Virus record (IMG/VR): IMGVR_UViG_3300037247_001890
Coordinates: 32,001 to 96,000 of that record
DNA length: 64,000 nucleotides
Strand: one strand, 5' to 3'
Source of the DNA: a virus
Positions 8,575 to 16,670 of the stretch are shown here, piece by piece; within the stretch, counting starts at the first letter, position 1, and the number at the start of each line of letters is the position of its first letter. The position numbers and the translations under genes were made by a program. Under the pieces are notes generated by a model that saw only the letters and a list, made by a program, of their open reading frames with translations, was not told the DNA's origin and did not search any database.

Positions 8575-8807
8575 TAAAAATTTATAAAATATGGATGGAA
8601 GGATATGCAGCTACCGGTGAAAAGAGTACCGCACAGTATGTTGGATCTGTAAAAGCTAAATCCTTCAAAGAAGCTTGCATAAAATTTTCCAAAACAAAAG
8701 AGGGAATAGAGAAACAATGGGATGAATTTTTTGAACCACAAAATCTTTCGTTCTGGGGATGCAAACTATTTGATAACGAAATAGATGCTCGTAGAGCATT
8801 TGGATAA
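8571..8807 (+). CDS. small hypothetical phage protein
   Basis: ATGA overlap; WMEGYAATG...WGCKLFDNE. Confidence 0.65.
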   Translation: MIKIYKIWMEGYAATGEKSTAQYVGSVKAKSFKEACIKFSKTKEGIEKQWDEFFEPQNLSFWGCKLFDNEIDARRAFG

Positions 8808-8814
8808 TGTTTAA

Positions 8815-8888
8815 TGGCCCGTAGTTCAGCCTGGTAGAACGGCACACTCATAATGTGAGAATCGATGGTTCAAATCCATTCGGGCCAA
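8815..8888 (+). tRNA. tRNA with CAT anticodon (elongator Met or Ile2)
   Basis: Cloverleaf; loop CT-CAT-AA. Confidence 0.9.
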
Positions 8889-8890
8889 CT

Positions 8891-9118
8891 ATGAAAGTTA
8901 GAATATTACCATCGGTGTTAGGCACTACTTGGAGGGGCGATTTTGATTCGTTTGGACTTCCAAAACGAATACTCAACACATCAAACAAATACTGGAAACA
9001 TATAGGATTGTATGATTTAACCATAGAAAAACTTGCCGAATTGGCGAACAGCAGTGACAAGAAAAAAGGTTTCAAGACCTACAGAGATTTTAAACAATCT
9101 GGGTTTACTAAAAAATAA
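8891..9118 (+). CDS. small hypothetical protein abutting tRNA
   Basis: ATG 3 nt after the discriminator. Confidence 0.55.
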   Translation: MKVRILPSVLGTTWRGDFDSFGLPKRILNTSNKYWKHIGLYDLTIEKLAELANSSDKKKGFKTYRDFKQSGFTKK

Positions 9119-9458
9119 ATCAATATTGGATTATGGCTGTGGAAAATCCATAGACTATATTCACATAGCAGATATGGATCGATTTGATCCTTATTTCTAT
9201 CCGGAAATAAAAAATAAAAAATATGAAGTTATTCTTTGTCATTATGTTATAAATGTAGTTAGCAAAGAAGAACAAAAACAAATAATAGAACATATTAAGA
9301 GCCTTCTGGCACCAGGAGGAAAAGCTTACTTCACAGTAAGGAGAGACATAAAAGAAGACATCCATTATAAAGACTATTCTCAAAGAGTTGTATATCTACC
9401 TTTTAAAACAATAAAAAAACACGCGGACTTTGAAATTTATGAATGGAGTGAGAGATGA
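9033..9458 (+). CDS. class I SAM-dependent methyltransferase
   Basis: ILDYGCG motif I; LCHYVINVV; LAPGG; start uncertain. Confidence 0.8.
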   Translation: MPNWRTAVTRKKVSRPTEILNNLGLLKNKSILDYGCGKSIDYIHIADMDRFDPYFYPEIKNKKYEVILCHYVINVVSKEEQKQIIEHIKSLLAPGGKAYFTVRRDIKEDIHYKDYSQRVVYLPFKTIKKHADFEIYEWSER

Positions 9459-9643
9459 ACAAAATTAAAGAACTTTGTATGAAGTTTAATAGGTTTTGGG
9501 ATGCTATTCCGGAACCTAAGCGTTTTATATATTTTGTAATAGCCGCTGCTTTTTGGTCCTGGGCACTATTATTAGAACCATTTGTGGCCATATTTATCGC
9601 AGCAATAGCATTATACATACGTTTCCAACGTTACGATACATAA
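9455..9643 (+). CDS. small membrane protein
   Basis: Two hydrophobic segments. Confidence 0.6.
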   Translation: MNKIKELCMKFNRFWDAIPEPKRFIYFVIAAAFWSWALLLEPFVAIFIAAIALYIRFQRYDT

Positions 9644-9652
9644 TGAATCAAC

Positions 9653-9728
9653 GGGGTATTAGAATAGTCCGGTTCAATTCGCCACCCTGTCAAGGTGGAA
9701 AACATGGGTTCAAATCCCGTATGCCCCG
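9653..9728 (+). tRNA. tRNA-Asp(GTC)
   Basis: Cloverleaf. Confidence 0.93.
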
Positions 9729-9730
9729 CT

Positions 9731-9946
9731 ATGAAAACAACATTTATAAAAGAAAACATTTTATGTACTCTAACAAGAGCAGAGATAGGATATCTAAATT
9801 ATCTTCTAAAAACCTATGACGAAACAGATCTTGAAAAAGGTGAGTATATTTTACAAGTAATGAAAGAAAATAATTATTTTTATAAAATTGATGGTATACA
9901 TTATCAAGTATTAAAAATCAAAGGAGACTTAGAAGAAAAATTATGA
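9731..9946 (+). CDS. small hypothetical protein abutting tRNA
   Basis: Starts MKTTFIKEN. Confidence 0.55.
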   Translation: MKTTFIKENILCTLTRAEIGYLNYLLKTYDETDLEKGEYILQVMKENNYFYKIDGIHYQVLKIKGDLEEKL

Positions 9947-10103
9947 AAGTAGTATGTATTGATGTTAGCATCGATTCAACAAATGATAGAAAAGAAACCT
10001 TGGACGAAATAAAACGCCGGCTCCAGGAATGCTTGAAAGACATGAAGGGGGCTAAATTAATTAAGAGATATAAAAATGTTTACATTAGTATGTGGGAATT
10101 AAT

Positions 10104-10304
10104 ATGAAACAAAAAAAAGCAAAAATAGTTTGTGGGAATGTATTAGCAGACATTTCAAAAGAAAAATTAGGAAAAATAATCGAGGAAGTAGTGCAAGAAG
10201 GTATGGATTCTTTAGACAAAACTTTAGAAAAATTTAATACCTTGGTATTTTTAGATTATGCCGGTAAACATGAATCTCGATATGTAGAAATTAGGAGGGT
10301 CTGA
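10104..10304 (+). CDS. small hypothetical protein (stop lies inside tRNA-Ser)
   Basis: ORF track; start reassigned. Confidence 0.5.
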   Translation: MKQKKAKIVCGNVLADISKEKLGKIIEEVVQEGMDSLDKTLEKFNTLVFLDYAGKHESRYVEIRRV

Positions 10305-10384
10305 CCTCATCGGCTGCGGGGCCTGGTCCTGAAAACCAGTGGCCGTCGCAAGGCGGTTTCAGAGTTCGAATCTCTGACCCTCTT
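10294..10384 (+). tRNA. tRNA-Ser(TGA), C33, atypical D-arm
   Basis: Long variable arm; loop CC-TGA-AA; T-arm CAGAG-TTCGAAT-CTCTG. Confidence 0.8.
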
Positions 10385-10386
10385 CA

Positions 10387-10566
10387 ATGAAAGTACAAAT
10401 AAAAACAACAATGTGGATTATCGAAAGAAATCCAAATATATCAAATGCAAGTTATGAGCTTCCAATAACATTAATTTTTAGAAGACATGAAAATCATTTA
10501 GGGTGGATCGACATAACCAATTTGATGGATGCAAAAGAAATATTTTTAACAGAAGGGCATAAATGA
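10387..10566 (+). CDS. small hypothetical protein abutting tRNA
   Basis: MKVQIKTT..., 59 aa, ATGA-coupled to the next gene. Confidence 0.5.
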   Translation: MKVQIKTTMWIIERNPNISNASYELPITLIFRRHENHLGWIDITNLMDAKEIFLTEGHK

Positions 10567-11087
10567 AAGCAACTGGATACCAGTTAAGAGAAGCACTACG
10601 CCACTGGCGTAGTGTATTAGAAGGTCTTGCTATTGACCTAAAAGGATCTTTATATTACTTTGATCAGAAAGAAAAAATTAATCCTTTAACAGTAGCAGAA
10701 GACTACAGGGCAGCAGAAGATGCTGTATCAAGGATTGAAGAAGCACAACAAAAATATAATCTGCGTATAAATTTAACAATCGCAGATGAACCACAAACTC
10801 TGACTTATGCAATCAAAGCATTAGGAATGGCCGGTCGCTATGCTGCGATTTGGAAAGCAGTGGCAAGTGATAAACAAAGTGCTCGCGGATGGGGCGGCGA
10901 TAGATTAGAACGTGTAAGAAATAAAGATGATGTTCATGCGAAAAGATCTATCAGTAAAGAAGCGGCATCAAAGATGCGTACTGCTGCAAACAAGCATGCA
11001 TCTGATTTGAGACAAGCAATTGCATTAGCCAATGCAAGTAAACTAGAAATAGACATTCCTGAAAACCTGATTAATTTCGGGCGATAG
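10563..11087 (+). CDS. helical coiled-coil protein (DIP1984-like resemblance)
   Basis: LREALRHW N-terminus; helical pattern ending IALANASKLEI; family assignment from memory only. Confidence 0.55.
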   Translation: MKATGYQLREALRHWRSVLEGLAIDLKGSLYYFDQKEKINPLTVAEDYRAAEDAVSRIEEAQQKYNLRINLTIADEPQTLTYAIKALGMAGRYAAIWKAVASDKQSARGWGGDRLERVRNKDDVHAKRSISKEAASKMRTAANKHASDLRQAIALANASKLEIDIPENLINFGR

Positions 11088-11096
11088 GGAATGCCG

Positions 11097-11259
11097 AAGA
11101 GGCGGTGACCGTATCTGTTTGGTATTACAACCTGGCAGGGGAACTATGAAGGCTGGAAATTGCTAGAAGCTTAAAGCCTATACCAATACTTACCATAGGC
11201 AAGTACTCAAATCCACTTCAAGTATAACCATAGCTATTAGCTGTATACTGCCTCTTTTT
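11097..11259 (+). ncRNA. orphan structured RNA downstream of the coiled-coil gene
   Basis: Closed by AAGAGGCGGT/ACTGCCTCTT plus T-run. Confidence 0.5.
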
Positions 11260-11264
11260 AACTT

Positions 11265-11472
11265 AATTAACGCCGGCATAAACGTAACTCCGTGGTGAAG
11301 CTTCCTGAGGCGGGGTGTAGTGAGCTCCTCCAAGATACCGTCGAGGGTCAAATCTGGGATCTACACAGTCCCCAGCTAAGTCCCCTAAAGAGGTTTGTAT
11401 TCTAGAGGTGAGAGCTGTCTGTGATGAATACAAGCGTGAAATATCGGAAAAAGGAATACTCCGGCGTTAATT
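11265..11472 (+). ncRNA. orphan structured RNA, about 200 nt
   Basis: Perfect 12-bp closing stem AATTAACGCCGG/CCGGCGTTAATT; GC-rich; non-coding. Confidence 0.6.
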
Positions 11473-11476
11473 TTAT

Positions 11477-11562
11477 GGGGATATGGTGAAATGGCAGACA
11501 CATGGGACTTAAGATCCCATGGGGGAGACCCCGTGAAGGTTCAAGTCCTTCTATCCCCACCA
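11477..11562 (+). tRNA. tRNA-Leu(TAA)
   Basis: Class II cloverleaf with encoded CCA. Confidence 0.95.
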
Positions 11563-11786
11563 TGAAAAGCGTAAAATTTGTAAAACAATCAGTTCTCGTA
11601 AAAAAGAACAAAATAGAAGATGCTATGAATACTATAGCCCATGCACTGAAAACCGATCCTAGCTATAGAATAGGATGGTATGCGAATTTAACATTTAATA
11701 TATATGATAACAGCAAAGGTAGAATAAGCCAAGATACAGCGGGTAACATAGCAGACGTAATATTAAGAAACTTTTTTAAAGCTTAG
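11562..11786 (+). CDS. small hypothetical protein
   Basis: ATG shares the A of the tRNA CCA; stop overlaps G1 of the next tRNA. Confidence 0.6.
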   Translation: MKSVKFVKQSVLVKKNKIEDAMNTIAHALKTDPSYRIGWYANLTFNIYDNSKGRISQDTAGNIADVILRNFFKA

Positions 11787-11870
11787 GGCAAGTGGCGAAA
11801 GTGGCAAACGCGTTGTCTTCAAAAGGCAATCCTACAAAATAGGGTGTAGGTTCAAGTCCTACCTTGCCTA
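11786..11870 (+). tRNA. tRNA-Leu(CAA)
   Basis: Class II cloverleaf. Confidence 0.92.
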
Positions 11871-11872
11871 CT

Positions 11873-12085
11873 ATGAAAAAAAGAACTGTCAACATGTCAG
11901 AAGAAGTTGTGTTTGACGACATAACAGAAAAAGTCGAGACAGAAAAAATAATTGGAGATCTCACAAAAAAGTGGAAAAATAAAGACTTTTCGATAAAAGT
12001 TTATTTTAATAAAAGAATTACTAAAATACAGAACGCGGCTAGTCAAGGTACAATAGACTTTATCAGAGCTTACAAACCAAAATAA
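11873..12085 (+). CDS. small hypothetical protein abutting tRNA
   Basis: Starts MKKRTVN. Confidence 0.55.
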   Translation: MKKRTVNMSEEVVFDDITEKVETEKIIGDLTKKWKNKDFSIKVYFNKRITKIQNAASQGTIDFIRAYKPK

Positions 12086-12086
12086 A

Positions 12087-12155
12087 CGGGCTGCTCAGGA
12101 CAAGCAAGGTTCGATTCCTTCTCCAAGACGTTGGAGCCTCGGTGGGGGCAGCCGG
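12087..12155 (+). ncRNA. minimal circularly permuted tRNA-like (YrlA-like) RNA
   Basis: Order: stem GGCTGCTC, T-arm AAGG-TTCGATT-CCTT, capped acceptor-like hairpin CTCCAA-GACG-TTGGAG, D-like loop, stem GGGCAGCC. Confidence 0.6.
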
Positions 12156-12158
12156 TAT

Positions 12159-12242
12159 GCGAGTGTGGCGAAGTTGGTAGACGCGCTAGATTTAGGATCT
12201 AGTGGGGGAAACCCCGGGAAGGTTCAAATCCTTTCACTCGTA
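12159..12242 (+). tRNA. tRNA-Leu(TAG)
   Basis: Class II cloverleaf. Confidence 0.95.
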
Positions 12243-12256
12243 CTATTAGGAGGATT

Positions 12257-12466
12257 ATGAAAGTAAAATTTACAAGCAACCCATACATTAAAGCATCTTG
12301 GCACGAAGCAACTGCCAAGTTAACAAAATTAACTAATGAATATTTGGATGAGGCAGGGAGTAGTGGTGATTTATTAAAAAAAGCAGAAGACGTTCTATAT
12401 AGACTAGGATGGACTTTAGAAGAATATCAAGAATTAAATAGACCGCCAACAAAGCGACATAAATAA
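12257..12466 (+). CDS. small hypothetical protein
   Basis: SD AGGAGG. Confidence 0.65.
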   Translation: MKVKFTSNPYIKASWHEATAKLTKLTNEYLDEAGSSGDLLKKAEDVLYRLGWTLEEYQELNRPPTKRHK

Positions 12467-12467
12467 T

Positions 12468-12540
12468 GGGCCTGTAGCTCAGACGGTAGAGCGATGGACT
12501 GAAAATCCATGCGCCGGTGATTCAACTTCACCTGGGCCCA
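12468..12540 (+). tRNA. tRNA-Phe(GAA)
   Basis: Cloverleaf. Confidence 0.92.
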
Positions 12541-12558
12541 CAAATCATAGGAGATATT

Positions 12559-12792
12559 ATGACAGTAAATTTTATTGAACATAACACATTAAATTGGATA
12601 TTAATCAGAGAAGAAAGAATAGCTAAAAAAAGTGGTAGTTTTAGTGGTACTACTTACACAGATCCGCACGTTATTCTTAAAAGATCAATAACTCTTGATG
12701 AGTCCACAACTGCTATGGATGGAGCCGAAACAAAGAGATATTCACCTGGAATATATCGAGCAACAAAAAAGGAAGGATGGCAGAGAGGCTAA
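12559..12792 (+). CDS. small hypothetical protein (stop inside tRNA-Ser)
   Basis: SD AGGAG; ATG 12559. Confidence 0.55.
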   Translation: MTVNFIEHNTLNWILIREERIAKKSGSFSGTTYTDPHVILKRSITLDESTTAMDGAETKRYSPGIYRATKKEGWQRG

Positions 12793-12854
12793 TTGCAACG
12801 GTTTGCTAAATCGTCGTCCTCCGGGACACGTGGGTTCGAATCCCACTCCTTCCT
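12771..12854 (+). tRNA. tRNA-Ser(GCT)
   Basis: Class II cloverleaf. Confidence 0.93.
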
Positions 12855-12878
12855 CACTAAAAATGGCATAAGATAAAT

Positions 12879-13073
12879 ATGATAACGTTAAAGGAATACT
12901 TTAAAGAATTAAAGATCATAGAAAAAAGTCTCAATAAATCAAAAGATCCGGCTAATACATATGCCTGGGTCTGTGCTTTGGAGTCAAAACTTCATTCACT
13001 TGACAGTTTTTTAGATAACCAAAAAAATATTTACTACAAAGCAATGGTAAGAAACAAATTAGATAAAACATAA
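12879..13073 (+). CDS. small hypothetical protein
   Basis: ORF track. Confidence 0.55.
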   Translation: MITLKEYFKELKIIEKSLNKSKDPANTYAWVCALESKLHSLDSFLDNQKNIYYKAMVRNKLDKT

Positions 13074-13418
13074 TCTTCGATTCGTGGCTCATAGTTTCTG
13101 TGGTAGTAATTAGATACGATCCATAAATTAACTACACTCGGGAGCGTCCAGTTCTATGGTGAAAACCCCATAACCAATGAATAGCTGTGGGTCATTGAAA
13201 CGAGAATGCGGGTGGAGAATCGGGAGTCCCGCCAGAACATGAGAGGAAACTCAGGACATCACTGCTAACGGTGGGAGAATTAAGTGTTGCAGCACTTAAA
13301 TCCAATACCACTTAGGATGCGACTCAAAATAGCTTAGAGGGAAAGCAGCTCTATAATAGCAAGGTAGAGGCCAATAGACAGATCACGAAATAATACAGAA
13401 TCCTGGTTATAAGAAGAT
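13073..13418 (+). ncRNA. rnpB: RNase P RNA, reduced S-domain and enlarged P3
   Basis: CR-I GAGGAAACTCAGGAC (13243-13257); CR-V ACAGAATCCTGGTTAT; P1 ATCTTC/GAAGAT; P2 TTCGTGG/TCACGAA; GGATGCGACTCAAAATA. Confidence 0.85.
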
Positions 13419-13427
13419 AAACGCGCG

Positions 13428-13531
13428 ACACGTCGTTCAGGGGACTAGGCATGTGTTGTTGGGCAGGCCATATGTTTGAATTTTCCGGATAGACCAACAG
13501 CCGGAAAAAGAGAGACTGTCCCCCGACGTGT
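13428..13531 (+). ncRNA. orphan multibranch RNA
   Basis: ACACGTCG/CGACGTGT and GGGGGAC/GTCCCCC stems enclosing two hairpins. Confidence 0.55.
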
Positions 13532-13542
13532 ACTTAAAAATA

Positions 13543-13571
13543 TTGACAAACAGCAGTAGATGTTGTAAATT
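13543..13571 (+). promoter_or_regulatory. sigma70-like promoter TTGACA-17-TAAATT
   Basis: Consensus -35. Confidence 0.7.
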
Positions 13572-13596
13572 ACATAATATTTTAGGAGGTATTGAA

Positions 13597-14214
13597 ATGA
13601 AGAACGTAATTATATATTGTTTAGTAATGGCATGGCTTATTACCGCTGGTTGGTACACGGGGTATGTGATAAAAATAGAAGGCCAGTTGAAGTTTGCCGA
13701 ACGAAAATCCTTGTACCATGAAAAAATGCATGAAACCTATGAAAATGAATCAAAGGAACTTTATACTAAAGTAACCAAAATCAAATCATACATTGATGAT
13801 CTTTACCATGGGCAATCGTATTTGGTGACTTTGACAGGATATCATCCGGTAGTGGAACAATGTGACAGTACTCCCGACATTACAGCAGATGGGACTAAAA
13901 TTATCGTTGATCGAGCACGTAATTATCGTATAGCAGCATTAAGCAGAGATATGCTAAAACGATGGGGAGGCCCATTTAAATATGGGGATCTGATCCTAGT
14001 AAAAGGCACAAGAGACGGAGTGTACGATGGCATTTATCAAATTAGAGATACAATGCATCAAAGACATGAAAATTGGATAGATGTATTACTAACGCCTGGA
14101 GACAAGTCAACAAAACAGGATAACATTTTAATCTACAAACTCGAAGATGATTATCAGGGTATTTTCACCTTTTATAAAAATTATTCGGATGAATTTTATA
14201 GTTTATTAAATTAA
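13597..14214 (+). CDS. membrane-anchored 3D-domain (MltA-like) cell-wall protein
   Basis: N-terminal TM; VTLTGY...CDSTPDITADG...ALSRD...DTM...WIDVL; SD AGGAGG. Confidence 0.8.
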   Translation: MKNVIIYCLVMAWLITAGWYTGYVIKIEGQLKFAERKSLYHEKMHETYENESKELYTKVTKIKSYIDDLYHGQSYLVTLTGYHPVVEQCDSTPDITADGTKIIVDRARNYRIAALSRDMLKRWGGPFKYGDLILVKGTRDGVYDGIYQIRDTMHQRHENWIDVLLTPGDKSTKQDNILIYKLEDDYQGIFTFYKNYSDEFYSLLN

Positions 14215-14222
14215 ACTCATAA

Positions 14223-14295
14223 CGCGGGGTGGTAGCAGTGGTAGCTCGCCTGGCTCATAACCAGGAGGTCGCCGGTTCAAATCCGGCCCCCGCTA
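14223..14295 (+). tRNA. initiator-type tRNA-Met(CAT)
   Basis: C1:T72 mismatch; CGCGGGG 5' end. Confidence 0.92.
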
Positions 14296-14304
14296 CAATT
14301 ATAT

Positions 14305-14376
14305 CGCGCGGTAGGGCAGTGGTAGCCCGGGAGACTCATAACCTCCAGGTCGCCGGTTCAAATCCGGCCCGCGCTA
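14305..14376 (+). tRNA. second initiator-type tRNA-Met(CAT)
   Basis: C1:T72 mismatch; paralogue of the preceding gene. Confidence 0.9.
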
Positions 14377-14472
14377 CTACATAGAAAGGAGGAGACAGGA
14401 CGCCTAGCGACCTGTGTAGTGCACCTCTTCCTTTCTTAGATTTCACATTTCACATTTAACCAATAAAAAATT

Positions 14473-14712
14473 ATGGGCTTTGCAACATGTGAATACACTG
14501 GAGACACCGCTACAAGTGGATCCGTAAGAATTCATATTCCAGAAACAATTAATGCAACTACAGAGTCAGACGATAGTACATGGCTTAAACCAAAAGGGGT
14601 ATTCGAAAGGGTCTGTAAAAAATGCGGATCACCTTTTGATTCACTAAAAAGAAAAGCACAGGTATGTCTAGAGTGCAAACAAGAGAAAAAGCAAGTAGCA
14701 ACGGGTCGGTAG
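14473..14712 (+). CDS. small Zn-finger protein (stop inside tRNA-His)
   Basis: CKKC...CLEC. Confidence 0.6.
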   Translation: MGFATCEYTGDTATSGSVRIHIPETINATTESDDSTWLKPKGVFERVCKKCGSPFDSLKRKAQVCLECKQEKKQVATGR

Positions 14713-14775
14713 TGTTAGTGGTAGCACGCGAGATTGTGGCTCTCGTAGGGCGGGATTCGAATTCCTCACGACCCT
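14703..14775 (+). tRNA. tRNA-His(GTG)
   Basis: Anticodon arm CGAGA-TTGTGGC-TCTCG; imperfect T and acceptor stems. Confidence 0.85.
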
Positions 14776-14792
14776 CAACGGAGGTTTAAGAG

Positions 14793-15041
14793 ATGAAGAT
14801 CCATATTTCAAAAGGCACCGGCATTAATAGATTAAGTAGAAGAATTAAACTAAAACCGGATACAAAAGAAGTGATCAGAGGACAATTAAGAGAAAATAAG
14901 ATCTTAAGAATGGATATTCAAGAAAATGGTAAATATGCTGCCGATGCTAATGACTTCTACGCAGATGTATTTTTTATATTTAATTTTCCACAAAGAAAAA
15001 TTCATAAAGCGTTAAAAGATTTTATAGGTCCCTTCGTCTAG
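14793..15041 (+). CDS. small hypothetical protein (stop inside tRNA-Glu)
   Basis: SD GGAGGT. Confidence 0.6.
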   Translation: MKIHISKGTGINRLSRRIKLKPDTKEVIRGQLRENKILRMDIQENGKYAADANDFYADVFFIFNFPQRKIHKALKDFIGPFV

Positions 15042-15101
15042 CTTGGTTAGGACCCCGGCCCTTCAAGCCGATAACGGTGGGTTCGAATCCCCCAGGGATC
15101 A
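15027..15101 (+). tRNA. tRNA-Glu(TTC), C33
   Basis: Cloverleaf; loop CC-TTC-AA. Confidence 0.9.
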
Positions 15102-15103
15102 CT

Positions 15104-15289
15104 ATGAAAACACGTATAGTAAACAAGAATGCTTTAAGAGAAGAAGGCGATGATCACGCCTGGACAGATGATCATCCTATAGTCATAGGAAAAATAGGAA
15201 CGGGCGCTTATTTTCCAATTACTTCTGGATCAGCTTTTATTACGCTTGAAGTATATTTATTCTATAAGGATTTTAAAAATGCAAGCTAA
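15104..15289 (+). CDS. small hypothetical protein (HAWTDD motif)
   Basis: ATG 3 nt after the tRNA. Confidence 0.55.
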   Translation: MKTRIVNKNALREEGDDHAWTDDHPIVIGKIGTGAYFPITSGSAFITLEVYLFYKDFKNAS

Positions 15290-15497
15290 TATTTTTCCAG
15301 GCTCAATAATATCAACAACAATAATGTGGGTGAGTATTACTCAAGCTGAAACAAGATTTTGGCCAGAGCACAGAAAACGCATAGGAGATATTATAGTAAC
15401 ATTTTCTAAGGATCATGCCACGACTACTTATAATGCAGAGGTAATAATAACAGATGAAACATGTGAATATTATTCGGGCAGCCAGATTAGTCCTTAA
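15279..15497 (+). CDS. small hypothetical protein
   Basis: SD AAGGA; ATG 15279. Confidence 0.5.
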   Translation: MQANIFPGSIISTTIMWVSITQAETRFWPEHRKRIGDIIVTFSKDHATTTYNAEVIITDETCEYYSGSQISP

Positions 15498-15672
15498 AGG
15501 CGGCCTTGATGTAACGCCAGAAGAAGAATTATATGGCATAATGATAGGCAAAGGGCTATACTATGAAGAAACTTTTGATGAAGATGGTATAGGCCATGCC
15601 TGGACAGATGACATCTACTTAGTTGATGATGAATATGAACCAGACTTTAACGCGCCCATAGCCAAGTGGTAA
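15454..15672 (+). CDS. small acidic protein (HAWTDD motif; stop inside tRNA-Trp)
   Basis: ORF track. Confidence 0.55.
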   Translation: MKHVNIIRAARLVLKGGLDVTPEEELYGIMIGKGLYYEETFDEDGIGHAWTDDIYLVDDEYEPDFNAPIAKW

Positions 15673-15723
15673 GGCACTGGCCTCCAAAACCAGCATTCCA
15701 AAGTTCGAATCTTTGTGGGCGTG
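15652..15723 (+). tRNA. tRNA-Trp(CCA)
   Basis: Cloverleaf. Confidence 0.92.
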
Positions 15724-15741
15724 CAAAAAGGAGAGGATATT

Positions 15742-16017
15742 ATGAAAGTCAAGTTTAGAGATAACCACTTAATATTCAGAACCTCAGTAGAAAAATTGAT
15801 ATACATCATCATGTCAGTAGCAACAAGAGATGGCGATGAGGAAGAAGCCATAGAAATACTACAAACTATGGGATGGACCGGCGAAGAACTTACAAGATTT
15901 GATAATGAATGGGCTGAATATTCGGAAAATTTAGAAATAGAAATAGGAAATGAGGCTGAATTATATAAAGAAGTAAAAAAGCGTATAAATCTTGAACAAT
16001 ATTGGTGTATGAAATAA
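15742..16017 (+). CDS. small hypothetical protein
   Basis: SD GAGG; ATG 15742. Confidence 0.6.
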   Translation: MKVKFRDNHLIFRTSVEKLIYIIMSVATRDGDEEEAIEILQTMGWTGEELTRFDNEWAEYSENLEIEIGNEAELYKEVKKRINLEQYWCMK

Positions 16018-16019
16018 AA

Positions 16020-16093
16020 GCCCCGGTAGCTCAACTGGATAGAGCAACGCCCTTCTAAGGCGTAGGTTTGGGATTCAAATTCCTGGCGGGGTA
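16020..16093 (+). tRNA. tRNA-Arg(TCT)
   Basis: Cloverleaf. Confidence 0.92.
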
Positions 16094-16111
16094 CTAGAAA
16101 GGAGAAAAAAA

Positions 16112-16399
16112 ATGGAAGACGAATATTTATCAATAGAACAATGTGAGCATAATAGTTTATATAAAATAGATGGCCGCAATTTTTCCCTTGGGGTATACAA
16201 TAAAAGAGAACAAGGTTTTGTAGGAATTCGCTTAAAATTCACAACGGAATTTCTTGATCTTGAGTATCATTGGGATACAGGACCTCCTAATGGAACAGTG
16301 AAACCTATTGAACTTCTTGAAAAATGTCCTATGGATGCGAACGATGAGAGCAAGGAATTATTTAAGTGGTTAAAAGAAAGACGCGAATATTATTTATGA
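16112..16399 (+). CDS. hypothetical phage protein
   Basis: SD AAGGAG. Confidence 0.7.
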   Translation: MEDEYLSIEQCEHNSLYKIDGRNFSLGVYNKREQGFVGIRLKFTTEFLDLEYHWDTGPPNGTVKPIELLEKCPMDANDESKELFKWLKERREYYL

Positions 16400-16581
16400 A
16401 AGTTAAAATCGTAACAGGCACAAAAATAGACGAGATCAAACATGAGATTGGCGCAATCAAAAGGATGGATCAAGAAGGAATTATTTGGACACCCGCAGCA
16501 AGGATTCTGAGAAATTGGAAGCTTGCACAAGATATAAAATTCTCTTACTATAGGATATCAAAATGGAACAAGCCCCGTTAG
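16396..16581 (+). CDS. small hypothetical protein (stop inside tRNA-Arg)
   Basis: ATGA overlap; starts MKVKIV. Confidence 0.55.
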   Translation: MKVKIVTGTKIDEIKHEIGAIKRMDQEGIIWTPAARILRNWKLAQDIKFSYYRISKWNKPR

Positions 16582-16645
16582 CTCAGTGGATTAGAGCATC
16601 ACGCTACGGACGTGAGGGTCAAAGGTTCAAATCCTTTACGGGGTT
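16572..16645 (+). tRNA. tRNA-Arg(ACG)
   Basis: Cloverleaf. Confidence 0.93.
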
Positions 16646-16670
16646 CTATAAAAAATAGATAGAAGAAATT

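Noticed and set aside
13428-13531. SRP RNA
   Set aside because: Lacks the conserved helix 8 CAGG...GGAA...AGCAG signature
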